Below are positions 13,516 through 24,217 of a stretch of 64,000 nt of DNA, piece by piece; position 1 is the first letter of the stretch; each line of letters starts with the position of its first letter. The stretch is from Octopus sinensis. Taxonomy: Eukaryota. The DNA lies in NCBI RefSeq assembly GCF_006345805.1, contig NC_043000.1, positions 156,178,001-156,242,000 on the forward strand, given 5' to 3'. Below the pieces are notes generated by a model. It did not search any database. It was not told the origin of the DNA and saw nothing but the letters and a program-made list of their open reading frames with translations. The position numbers were made by a program, and so were the translations under genes.

Positions 13516-13769
13516 GGATGGATAGATAGAATTAAAGGAAAGAAAGAAACGTGGATATCAAAATATGGACTATGTGGTGAACATGCCGTACATAGTATCT
13601 AGTTTAATCTGTGGTTTTTGTCTGAGTCACACAGAGCCGGTGGCAGAAAGGAGATGTCAAGTCTTCTGATAGTAAGGTCATTTTATTTGAAGGCTGATTC
13701 ACTTACCAGCAACCTACGGTGGATGCTCTGTCAGCGTCACCTTATGTGACAAGACTGGACCTTTGAATT

Positions 13770-14156
13770 GTGGAAGCACTCCGTCGGTTACGACGACGAG
13801 GGTTCCGGTTGATCCGAATCAACGGAACAGCCTGCTCGTGAAATTAACGTGTAAGTGGCTGAGCACTCCACAGACACGTGTACCCTTAACGTAGTTCTCG
13901 GGGATATTCAGCGTGACATAGAGAGTGACAAGGCCGGTCCTTTGAAATACAGGTACAACAGAAACAGGAAGTAAGATTAAGAGAAAGTTGTGGTGAAAGG
14001 GTACAGCAGGGATCACCACCATCCCCTGCCGGAGCCTCGTGGAGCTTTTAGGTGTTTTCGCTCAATAAGCACTCACAACGCCCGGTCTGGGAATCGAAAC
14101 CGCGATCCTATGACCGCGAGTCCGCTGCCCTAACCACTGGGCCATTGCGCCTCCAC
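13770..14156 (-). mobile_element. tRNA-derived SINE family C
   Basis: Full-length copy, TSD ACCTTTGAATT. Confidence 0.9.
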
Positions 14157-14944
14157 ACCTTTGAATTACAGATATAATCTTGAGAAAGTACAGAAGTTCA
14201 GCTCTCAGGACTAGACCGCTCTTTTTGTGGACACTAAAAAGATAAAAGGTAGAACTGACCTCAACAGAATTTGAACTCAGAAGGCTAAAATGAATATACT
14301 AGCTGCTTCCTCTACGACGGTGGTTCTCAGCCAGGTGTGACCCCCACCTGAGCGTCAATATAGGATTTGCGGGGAGGGATACACACGAGCAAAATAGTAA
14401 ATTGGGTATCTACAGCAGTATTTTAAAGGTCCATGAAAAGAATTTTGGAGATGTACTTGCACAGCAAGTGACCTGATCTGAGATCGTGTGCTGGAACGAA
14501 AACAATTGCAGCGTGGAAGGTGTTTATAAGCCATTTAAGAAACACACAAAAACCGTTAGATTCACTTCAACATTTAAATTTAATTTGTCAAAATATTTTC
14601 GTCGCTTTGAGACTGCGACCTGTTCACTGACAAAACTTCGTACTGCATCTCTGATGCAGCACGAAAAGAATTTTGTTTTGGTTGTATTTATTGCAAGAAA
14701 CAACGAAGTATTTTTTTTTTTTAATGTTTTGTGTAGTTCAACCTGTTTTCGGCGACTGAAGCATGTTCTCTCAGAGAGTATTATCGCAAATTTACACAAG
14801 CGAATGAGTGAAAAACAAAATCTGAATGTTGAAAGAAGTATCTATAAAACTAGTTTCTAAACATCGAATAGTTATGGGAATCCACCAGAATAAGATAGAA
14901 ATCGAAAGGGTCCGTCGGTAAAATAATGGTTGAGAAGCATTCAT

Positions 14945-15046
14945 CTCATCATCATTGTTCGACCGTGGTCGAGACAATGGAATTTACTATGTTACGCCAG
15001 ACTTCACGGTCCATCATAGCATTACGGAGGTCCTGTTGCTGGATCA
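14945..15046 (-). mobile_element. ~100-bp 5'-truncated copy of the 46075 LINE family
   Basis: Near-identical 3' sequence with the (GAT)n tail. Confidence 0.7.
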
Positions 15047-15302
15047 TTGATCTACAGCGACTACAATTGTTACACTTCATCTGAATTAGTTAATCTCATA
15101 CCCAACTCTTCTCTCAATATCATTCATATTGTTGTATCTCACTTCCCGCATCACAGCACTTAACATCTAACTCCAGTCCTTCGTCTCTCAAACTGCCGTC
15201 CTCCGGATTCATACGCACACACAATTATCACTTTCTCTGCCGACATCGACTTAAGCATACCTTAACTCAAAATGAACTGCATTAGTAATACCAGCCTAAG
15301 TA

Positions 15303-15845
15303 GGCTGCGAGCTGGCAGAACCGTTATCACGCCGGGCATAATGCTTAGCGGCATTTCGTCTGCCGTTACGTTCTGAGTTCGACTTTGCCTTTCATCTTTT
15401 CGGGGCCGATAAATTAAGTACCAGTTACGCACTGGGGTCGATATAATCGACTTAATCCGTTTGTCCCCTCTGTGTTTAGTCCCTTGTTGGTAGTAAAGAA
15501 ATAGGTATTTTGTCTGCCACAACGTTCTGAGTTCAAATTCCGCCGATGTCGACTTTGCCTTTCATCCTTTCGGGGTTGATTAAATAAGTACCAGTTACGC
15601 ACTGGGGTCGATGTAATTGATTTAATCCGTTTGTCTGTCCTTGTTTGTCCCCTCTGTGTTTAGCCCCTCGTGGGTAGTAAAGAAATAGGTATTTCGTCTG
15701 CCGCCACGTTCTGAGATCAAAATTGAAATCGACTTTGTCTTTCATCCTTTCGGGGCTCAATGAAATAAGTACAAGATGAACACTGGGGTTGAGGTAATCG
15801 ATTCATTCCCCCCACCCCGAACTTGCTGGCCTTGTGACAAAAACT
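15303..15845 (+). mobile_element. SINE family B with ~3 tandem units
   Basis: Same unit and same junction. Confidence 0.8.
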
Positions 15846-17134
15846 GAAACCAATATTACCGGCCTAGGTTGATCTACAAACGTCATAGCCACTATCTCCA
15901 AGCGGTTTAAATGCACAAGTTTCCGATATCCAAGTGGTTAAAAAAATGTCAGCAGAAGGGCACCCGGGAGTCATGACCTAGAATGCGACCCTTAGATTGT
16001 AAGAAGTTAAGAACCGAAACATTTACCCGAGGGTTTTTCATGAAGACCTTCTGCTCTCTCTCTCTCTCTCGTTTTTTTTTTTTTTACCCCTAAAGAAGAA
16101 ACTTAACACACTACCCTATGTAAACTGACCCTCTATATATTCACTATATTCACGTGTCTTCAACTTGGCCGGTGCCGCTGCCTCATACATACAATTCACT
16201 GAAGTGCATTTGCACTAGTAATGGTCAAACTGCGGCCCATGGGACTGTCTGCATGGCACGCCTAACGAGAAATTATCTTGAATTTTTTTCTTCTCAATAG
16301 TTATAACCCACTTGATGAGCCACGTTTCATGCAGCCTTTGTCTCGAAAAAAAAAAAAAAGTTGCAATTTCTTGATTAACAAATTACTTGATCCGAAAGAA
16401 ACAGAAGTCAAGTATCCCTTTAACGACACTGCTTTTTTTTCTTTCTTTTTTTTCTTAAAAATAAATAAATAAAAGTACACATTGGCCAATATAGTTCTAC
16501 ATATACAAGAAGACGGGTTTGTCACGGCCGGCTGGGTCCAGAAATGCAGAATTTTGGCTAATCTGAGGCTATGCAACAACATATGACCTACACTACTTTT
16601 CATTCTTATCCATCATAATTTGTTTCACTTTATTTTTGCTTATTTTTTAAAGAAAAATGTAGGGGCACTTTACCCAAGATGGAATTTTTTTTTTTTTTTT
16701 CAGCTGGTTCCCATTTCAAGTCTTGCTTTGCTATTCTCCCCCTAATCTCTTCCCAAAACATGACCTATTCACTTCTTTCTTATTCCCATAATGACTGACG
16801 GATACAGTCGGCTGTCCAGACATGTTTTTTTTTTTTTTCCTTCATTCCTTTTTTTTTTCTTTATTCTAACTTTCCATCTTCCGGTTGCAGGTATTTAGGC
16901 TAATTGTTTTCAAATGAGTTTAATAATCTATCTTACTCTGTCTTTCTGTCTTTCTTTCTTTCTTTCTTTCTTGGGTAGGTGTTCAGGTGTTCACAAGTAA
17001 ACAAAACAAGGTATATAGTTGTTAAGCTATAAAGTGACTGAAGCACTCTTTGAATGAGGCACCGCTGGATGGGCAGAGACGAAGTTTTATAAGAAACGGA
17101 AACTTAAGATTTTATTTATAAAACATAAATGAAT

Positions 17135-17300
17135 AGGCGCAGGAGTGGCTGTGTGGTAAGTAGCTTGCTAACCAATCACATGGTTCCGGGTTCAGTCCCA
17201 CTGCGTGGCATCTTGGGCAAGTGTCTTCTGCTATAGCCTCGGGCCGACCAATGCCTTGTGAGTGGATTTGGTAGACGGACACTGAAAGAAGCCTGTCGTA

Positions 17301-17363
<63 letters not shown>

Positions 17364-17572
17364 ATATGTTTGTGTGTCTGTGTTTGTCCCCCTAGCATTG
17401 CTTGACAACTGATGCTGGTGTGTTTATGTCCCCGTCACTTAGCGGTTCGGCAAAAGAGACCGATAGAATAAGTACTGGGCTTACAAAGAATAAGTCCCGG
17501 AGTCGATTTGCTCAACTAAAGGCGGTGCTCCAGCATGGCCACAGTCAAATGACTGAAACAAGTAAAAAGAGT
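17135..17572 (+). mobile_element. SINE family A
   Basis: Full-length homolog. Confidence 0.9.
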
Positions 17573-18247
17573 AGATGAAGAGATAAATTAATTAAATAAT
17601 TATCAAGTTTCTATCAACCGATCAAAAATCTACGAACACTGACCAAGGATATTAGCAAATACGATGCGTGCGTGCGTGTGGTGTGTGTGTGTGTGTAATT
17701 GTGGCATTTAATGGTATTTAAAGAGAAAAGGGCGATAACCATGATTATCTTACGAGATCAGTAGAGAAATAACCGGATAATTGTGGTTGGGGGTCGGTCT
17801 TTTTAGCCCAAGGTCAACCGTGATCGAGATGGATTATGATCAAAAGTATTCAAGCTGTGACCATTCCGTCTGAATATCAGATATAATTTATAGCGTGTCC
17901 TTTTCAAAGATGGTAATGTGATTTTGTTTTAGTAATTTAGATGCTATTTCTAGCAAGGAGACGGGGTCATCATGAGGTCCCTTAAAAAATGCTACAAATT
18001 TAGAGGCTGGAGAATAGGAGAAATAAAAGATAAGATTATAATTCATGTTCAGCATTCGACCAAGAGTGTTTCGGGCGATCTTTCGTCTCTAGTAGACCTT
18101 TCCGTCGATTACACAACATACTGTCTGTCTCCCACACCCCATCAAACACACACACACATGTACATCAATGCTCCCATGCACGGTAACTTCAAAAGAACTT
18201 CCCTCGTCATACAATCGCTATCTCTTAGTCTCTTTCGCTCTCATTAC

Positions 18248-18571
18248 TGTGGGATGACGTCAGCAGCCGGACGTCAGCAGCGGGGTGCGTTGACCGGAAG
18301 CTGGGGCAAGCGGAAGGGGTCAGCTGTCAAGCGTGCGCAGGGGGCGGAAATTGACCTCTCCAACGTGGGTCGTGCTCGTGACAAGACGTGCGAGGACGAC
18401 GCTAAGGGTTTGGGGCTAGCAGCTGCTATCGTTAGTGTTCGGGTAGGGTGAGGAAGGACCAGTCATCTCTGGAGGATCTCCGTCACCACGAAGAGAAGGA
18501 CCAGTCATCTCTGGAGGATCTCCGTCACCACGAAGAGAAGGTAGGTGCCTCTATATTCAAATCGCACTACA
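18248..18571 (+). repeat. 5' LTR (324 bp, including a 42-bp tandem duplication at 18453-18536)
   Basis: Starts TGTGGG right after the TSD and ends ACTACA. From 18338 onward it is repeated at 21786-21983. Confidence 0.92.
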
Positions 18572-18616
18572 AGCTATTTCGGCAGTTCGTAAACATTCTC
18601 ATTTTTTTTCAACACG

Positions 18617-19381
18617 ATGTCTGCAAAAATTAGGATCGCCAGTGACGTCGTCAGACCTTTTAACGGCGAAGGCGATGTAGTGGCCTGGATTCGGAAAATC
18701 AGGCTGGTGGCGAGACTGCAGGGCATAAGCGACGTGGCGAGTCTTATGGCGCTGTATTTGGAAGGGAGTGCGTTGTCGCTTTACCTAGAGATGGATGAAG
18801 AGGAACGGCTCTGCGATGAGAATATAGAGCGGCGCTTGTGTGACGCATACACGGAATGAGAGTACACAGCTTTCGCTAAGCTAGGTGCAATCAGGTGGAC
18901 GGGAGGCCAGGTGGATGATTTTGCATCGGAAGCTAGAAGGCTAGCGACTCTGGCCGGGTTTGCCGGAGAAGGACTGGAGAGAGCAGCCCGACTGGCGTTC
19001 GTGAATGGGTTCCCCGACGATGTAGGGATTCACCTACAACGACTGCCCGGGGTCAAAAAGATGCCATTGAGCGAACTTGTAGCTCATGCTCGCGCGTTGA
19101 CGAGACACTCTGGGCGGAAGGCGATAGCGATGGCGGTGACGGAGGCGCGTAAAGACGGACGACGTCCCGAGAAAGAGGTACAGAAGCCCACCGTGCAACG
19201 AGAGCGGCCGTTCTCAGGACGGTGTTTTAGATGCCAGGGACCGCACATGGCGCGGGACTGTACGCAGCCGGGGCCCGTTTGCTATCGATGCAGGCAGACA
19301 GGGCACATTGCCCGTGATTGCGGCCGGGGAAACGACCGCGGGGAAGTTGCTGCCTCTCGAACTTTCCCCTCAAACGAGTAG
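18617..19381 (+). pseudogene. gag: gag, 254 codons with one in-frame TGA (18857-18859) and two zinc knuckles
   Basis: ORFs 18617-18859 and 18911-19381 share one frame. CFRCQGPHMARDC and CYRCRQTGHIARDC are CCHC motifs. Confidence 0.9.
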
Positions 19382-21785
19382 AGGCGCTATTGGAGACGCT
19401 GCCATTGATTGACGTGGAGGCCGAGGGGGAGACGTTCAAGGCCCTTGTGGATACGGGCTGTACGACCACCCTGGTGACTTCGAGGGTGACGAAGGAATGG
19501 AACGGGGTGTGTAGTGTCCGGGCGGTCGACGGCAGCGAAATCCGTTGCAGAGGCAGCAGCAAGGTAGAGATAGTGGTGCGCGGCGCGACGCTAAGGCTGC
19601 AGGCAATTGTGGCCGAACGCGTGATAAATGGAGTTGATGTGGTGATGGGGATGGACGCCATCAACTGCCTCGGTGGCGTTAGTGTTGTGGGAAATGAGGT
19701 CACGTTCGGAAGCGTGGGGGCGTCGTGCACTGCGAGTCAGGATCGCCAGAGGGAGCAGAGCCCCGCGAGGGACTGCGCCGCTTACACCATCGAGGACAAA
19801 GACTTTCAGGCGGCGTTCGATGGTCAGCGGTGGACGATAGAGTGGAAATGAAGGACGAGCCCCCGACACTGGAGAACAGGGTGAGCTGTTACCAGCATAC
19901 CCTGAAAGGCCACGCCAGGGTTGAGTTTGAAGACGAGGTGGAGAGGTGGATCGAGGAAGGGGTCCTTGTCCCTTGGAAGGAGGAAGTAGCGGGCGGAGTG
20001 CTACCCCTGATGGCGGTGGTGCAGCCTACGAAGGGAAAAGTCAGACCGGTGCTGGACTTCAGGGAGCTAAACCAGCACATATCGTGTCACACGGGAGGTG
20101 AGGCGACAGACGTTTGTGGTGAGGCATTACGTAAGTGGAGACAGTCGACTGAGGCAGCGACGATTGTCGACTTGAGATCGGCATACTTGCAGCTCCATGT
20201 GAGCGACAAACTATGGCGATATCAGCTGGTGCGGTACAAGGGCCGGACGTACTGTCTAGCCAGGCTGGGTTTCGGGCTGAATTCCGCTCCGAAGATCATG
20301 GCGGCAGTGCTTAGGTCCGTCCTAGGGAAAGACGGCAAGATTAGAAAGGCCACCAGCTCCTACATTGACGACATTTTGGTGGACGAAACTGTAGTGCCAG
20401 CCGACGAGGTAGTTAGACATCTGGAGAAGTTCGGACTGATTGCTAAGCCACCGGAGTCGATTGAAGGGGGAGCCGCGCTGGGGCTGAAGCTGCGAAGAGA
20501 TAGATCAGGTGAATTGGTGTTCCGGAGAGGAAATGAAATCCCAGAGCTGAGTTCCAACGTCAGCAGGAGAGAGCTGTTCTCGGTGTGTGGGAAGTTGGTC
20601 GGTCACTACCCGATCGCTGGATGGCTGCGCACGGCCTGTAGCTACACCAAGAGACGAGCAGAAGGAGAGAGGTGGGGCGACAAGGTGGGAGAAGGGACGG
20701 TGGCGATGATGCAGGAGATCCTAGAGAGGACAAGAGCGGAAGACCCGGTCAGGGGGAACTGGTACGTGCCCAAGACGAAATGCGGGACCGTCTGGTGTGA
20801 TGCTAGCAGTATAGCGATAGGGGTGGTGTTGGCAATCGAAGGCACTGCGGTGGAGGACGCGGCCTGGCTTCGGAAAGCAGATGATTTCAACCACATCAAT
20901 GTCGCCGAATTAGACGCGCTGCTGAAAGGGGTGAACTTGGCCTTGAAATGGGGGCTGCGCACGATTGAAATGCGGACGGATTCGGCCACTGTGCTTGGCT
21001 GGGTAGGATCGGTGATCACCGGTGACAGGAGAGTGCGGACGAAAGGTGCTGCAGAGATGTTAGTGAAGCGCCGTCTAGGAGTTCTAGGTGAATTGATCGC
21101 CGAATTCGGACTGAAGCTGAACGTGGTTTTCGTGCCTTCGGAGAAAAACAAGGCGGACGTACTGACCAGGGTGAAAAGGGCGTGGTTGGAAGAACCGGAG
21201 GAGGCCCGGAAAGGGATAGCTGCGGCGTGTCGGTTGGATGACTCTGAACTGAAGAAACTGCACGCTATGCATCACCTGGGTGTGGACAGGACCCTGTATC
21301 TGGCAAAAAAAATTGATGCTGACGTCACTAGGAGAAGCGTCCGGAAGGTGGTCGGGAGCTGCGACAGGTGTCAGTCCATCGACCCTGCTCCGTGAACAGG
21401 GAAGCCTTTCCGTGGAGCAGAACTGGAAAAGGCTAGCTGTGGATGTGACACACTACCGCCAACGAATGTACCTCTCCATGGTCGACTGTGGGCCGGGCCG
21501 GCTGGCCATTTGGAGGGAGTTGAGATCGGGCATTGCTGACGAGATCGTGCAGATCCTGAACGGGATATTTTTAGAGAGAGGTCCCGTGGAAGAACTACTG
21601 ATGGACAACGGGGCGGCGTTTCGTTCGGAAGCATTGAGGGTTATGCTTGATCGGTGGAACGTGCGACGCTTGTTCAGAGCAGCGTATAGGCCGGGCGGTA
21701 ACGGGATCGTGGAGAGGCACCATCGGACAGTCAAGGCCATAGCGGAAAGAGGGCACATTTCGCCGCTTGAAGCAGTTTTTTGGTA
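19327..21785 (+). pseudogene. pol: pol (protease, RT, RNase H, integrase) with two frameshifts and a 3' deletion
   Basis: PR ALVDTGC; RT RPVLDFRELN, DLRSAY, GFGLNSAP, YIDD; RH CDAS, AELDA, TDS, NKAD; IN HHCC (HAMHH...CDRC) and D,D,E (VDVTH/MDNG/GIVER). Frame breaks at ~19850 and ~21392. IN is fused to the 3' LTR after AVFWY. Confidence 0.92.
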
Positions 21786-21983
21786 CAGGGGGCGGAAATT
21801 GACCTCTCCAACGTGGGTCGTGCTCGTGACAAGACGTGCGAGGACGACGCTAAGGGTTTGGGGCTAGCAGCTGCTATCGTTAGTGTTCGGGTAGGGTGAG
21901 GAAGGACCAGTCATCTCTGGAGGATCTCCGTCACCACGAAGAGAAGGTAGGTGCCTCTATATTCAAATCGCACACTCACTACA
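21786..21983 (+). repeat. 3' LTR remnant (lacks the first 90 bp of U3 and the PPT)
   Basis: Identical to the 5' LTR from 18338, except for one 42-bp unit and a 6-bp indel near the end. Followed by TSD ATTAC. Confidence 0.92.
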
Positions 21984-22459
21984 ATTACTTCAAAAGTTCC
22001 CGCAAGCCCATATATAAAAAAAAAAATTTTTTACGGAAATCGACGGAAAGGTCTACTAGAGACGAAAGATTGCCGTGTTTCGCTTTATAAACATTACTGA
22101 GGGTTTTTGAGAAAAGAATGAACGTCACAACTTATCATTCATCTCTAAAAAAAATACCGCCAATATATGATGAGCAATCGGAATTCACTTTAAGTATGTG
22201 CGCCTTCCTCTAAGACAAACAATCAGAAATAAATGTTCATACGCACGTGCACACACACACACACACACACACACGCGCATACACACACACGCATACACAC
22301 GCACGCACATTGAGCGGAAGCAACAGAGTGATTCAAGGTCCAGGAGTTTCGTGCGTTGGCTCTTGCCATACTCGAAACTCTCAAACCTTGAGTCACTCTG
22401 TAGCTTCCGTTAAATATCAATAAAATTATACATTTACTCATATTTTGAGTTCTCTTTTT

Positions 22460-22488
22460 CCTGTTTGCATCATCACACACACACACAC

Positions 22489-22536
<48 letters not shown>

Positions 22537-22697
22537 TATATATTTCTAGCAAAAACTGTCCGACGAACGGCAACGTGAAACTCAGAGTAACAGGTTTTGT
22601 TGAATTTTCTGCTGCTTTAAATAAAGCATATTACTCTACCACTGGTATTTGAGTACTCTTTTTTCCACCTTGTTTCACATTTATGTGTTTACTCCGG

Positions 22698-22728
<31 letters not shown>

Positions 22729-22740
22729 TATATATTATAT

Positions 22741-22772
<32 letters not shown>

Positions 22773-22798
22773 ATATATATATACACTAGCCTCCGCCC

Positions 22799-22841
<43 letters not shown>

Positions 22842-22845
22842 ACGC
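22460..22845. repeat. (CA)n/(TA)n microsatellites with phase interruptions
   Basis: Direct reading. Confidence 0.9.
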
Positions 22846-23274
22846 GAGCACCAAAGCAAGTTGGTAGGTAATAGAAACACGGGAACACGTAAGAAGTTCC
22901 ATTGCTAAGGGAGGGTACAGTGGTGCCGTGTGAATCAGATGGCTAAGGTAAACTTCCCCTCTGTCAGCCTAGCAACAAACAGGAAATAACTGGCACGCTG
23001 AGATCATATTCAATTGATAGACAGACGTCAGAATTTAACATAGATCTAAATATATAATTTACTCAATATGCAGAGGTAAATTATTAACATGCTAACACAT
23101 ATATCGACTGGCCAGCATGAATGCCCTTTGTTTTCTCGCCACTCCATAATTTATTTCTAACTTTTTACTTTCTATCTTTAACTCGTTTCAGTCATTGGAC
23201 TGCGGCCATGCTGGTGCACTGCCCAGAAGGTTTTAGTCGAACAAGTCGACCCCACTTCACTTTATTTTATTCAT

Positions 23275-24217
23275 TTCGGTATTTCGTCTGTCGCTAATAT
23301 TTTGAGTTCAAATTCCGCCGAGGTCAACTTTGCCTTTCATCCTTTCGGAGTCGATAAATTAAGTCGATAAATTAAGTACCAGTTACGCACTGGGGTCGAT
23401 GTAATCGACTTAACCCGTTTGTTTGTCCCTTCTGTGTTTAGTCCCTTGTGGGTAGTAAAGAAATAGGTATTTCGTCTGCTGTTACGTTCTGAGTTCAAAT
23501 TCCGCCGAGGTCAACTTTGCCTTTCTTCCTTTCGGAGTCGATAAATTAAGTACCAGTTACACACTGGGGTCGATGTAATCGACTTAACCCGTTTGTTTGT
23601 TTGTCCCTTCTGTGTTTAGCCCCTTGTGGGTAGTAAAGAAATAGGTATTTCGTCTGCTGTTACGTTCTGAGTTCAAATTCCGCCGAGGTCAACTTGCCTT
23701 TCATCCTTTCGGAGTCGATAAATTAAGTCGATAAATTAAGTACCAGTTACGCACTGGGGTCGATGTAATCGACTTAACCCGTTTGTTTGTCCCTTCTGTG
23801 TTTAGTCCCTTGTGGGTAGTAAAGAAATAGGTATTTCGTCTGCTGTTACGTTCTGAGTTCAAATTCCGCCGAGGTCAACTTTGCCTTTCTTCCTTTCGGA
23901 GTCGATAAATTAAGTACCAGTTACACACTGGGGTCGATGTAATCGACTTAACCCGTTTGTTTGTCCCTTCTGTGTTTAGCCCCTTGTGGGTAGTAAAGAA
24001 ATAGGTATTTCGTCTGCTGTTACGTTCTGAGTTCAAATTCCGCCGAGGTCAACTTTGCCTTTCATCCTTTCGGAGTCGATAAATTAAGTACCAGTTACGC
24101 ACTGGAGTCGATGTAATCGACTTAACCCGTTTGTTTGTCCCTTCTGTGTTTAGCCCCTTGTGGGTAGTAAAGAAATAGGTATTTCGTCTGCTGTTACGTT
24201 CTGAGTTCAAATTCCAC
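23275..24217 (+). repeat. Tandem array of five and a partial sixth family B units with a dimeric higher-order pattern
   Basis: Units alternate diagnostic variants. The array sits inside a family A remnant (23170-23260 and 24218-24260). Confidence 0.88.

Larger units (their letters stand above)
18248..21983 (+). mobile_element. Young compact LTR retrotransposon (Ty3/Gypsy domain order gag-PR-RT-RH-IN), defective copy
   Basis: TGT...ACA termini, 5-bp TSD ATTAC (18243-18247 and 21984-21988), 5' LTR 18248-18571, 5'-truncated 3' LTR 21786-21983. Confidence 0.95.
18074..22074. mobile_element. Merlin-type MITE (~260 bp net) split by the LTR element
   Basis: 37-bp TIRs at 18074-18110 and 22038-22074 (1 mismatch), GGCRA termini, perfect 8-bp TSD GTGTTTCG. 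Confidence 0.8.

Noticed and set aside
16060-17050. Possible exon or LINE end in the A/T-run-rich region
   Set aside because: No recognisable motif or consistent splice and reading-frame signal.
18572-18590. Tf1-like self-priming, or a captured tRNA 3' end, as the explanation for the PBS
   Set aside because: No complement of AGCTATTTCGGC was seen in the LTR. TTTCGGCA does equal the tRNA-Phe 3' acceptor strand, but the preceding AGCTA matches only the complement of nt 8-12.
18857-18859. Programmed stop-codon readthrough in gag
   Set aside because: The context TGA GAG is not a typical readthrough context and lies mid-capsid. A point mutation (e.g. GGA to TGA) is simpler.
23275-24217. CRISPR-like or retrozyme (hammerhead) interpretation of the tandem array
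   Set aside because: Eukaryotic context, no unique spacers and no cas genes. I found no CUGANGA...GAAA hammerhead core on either strand of the unit.
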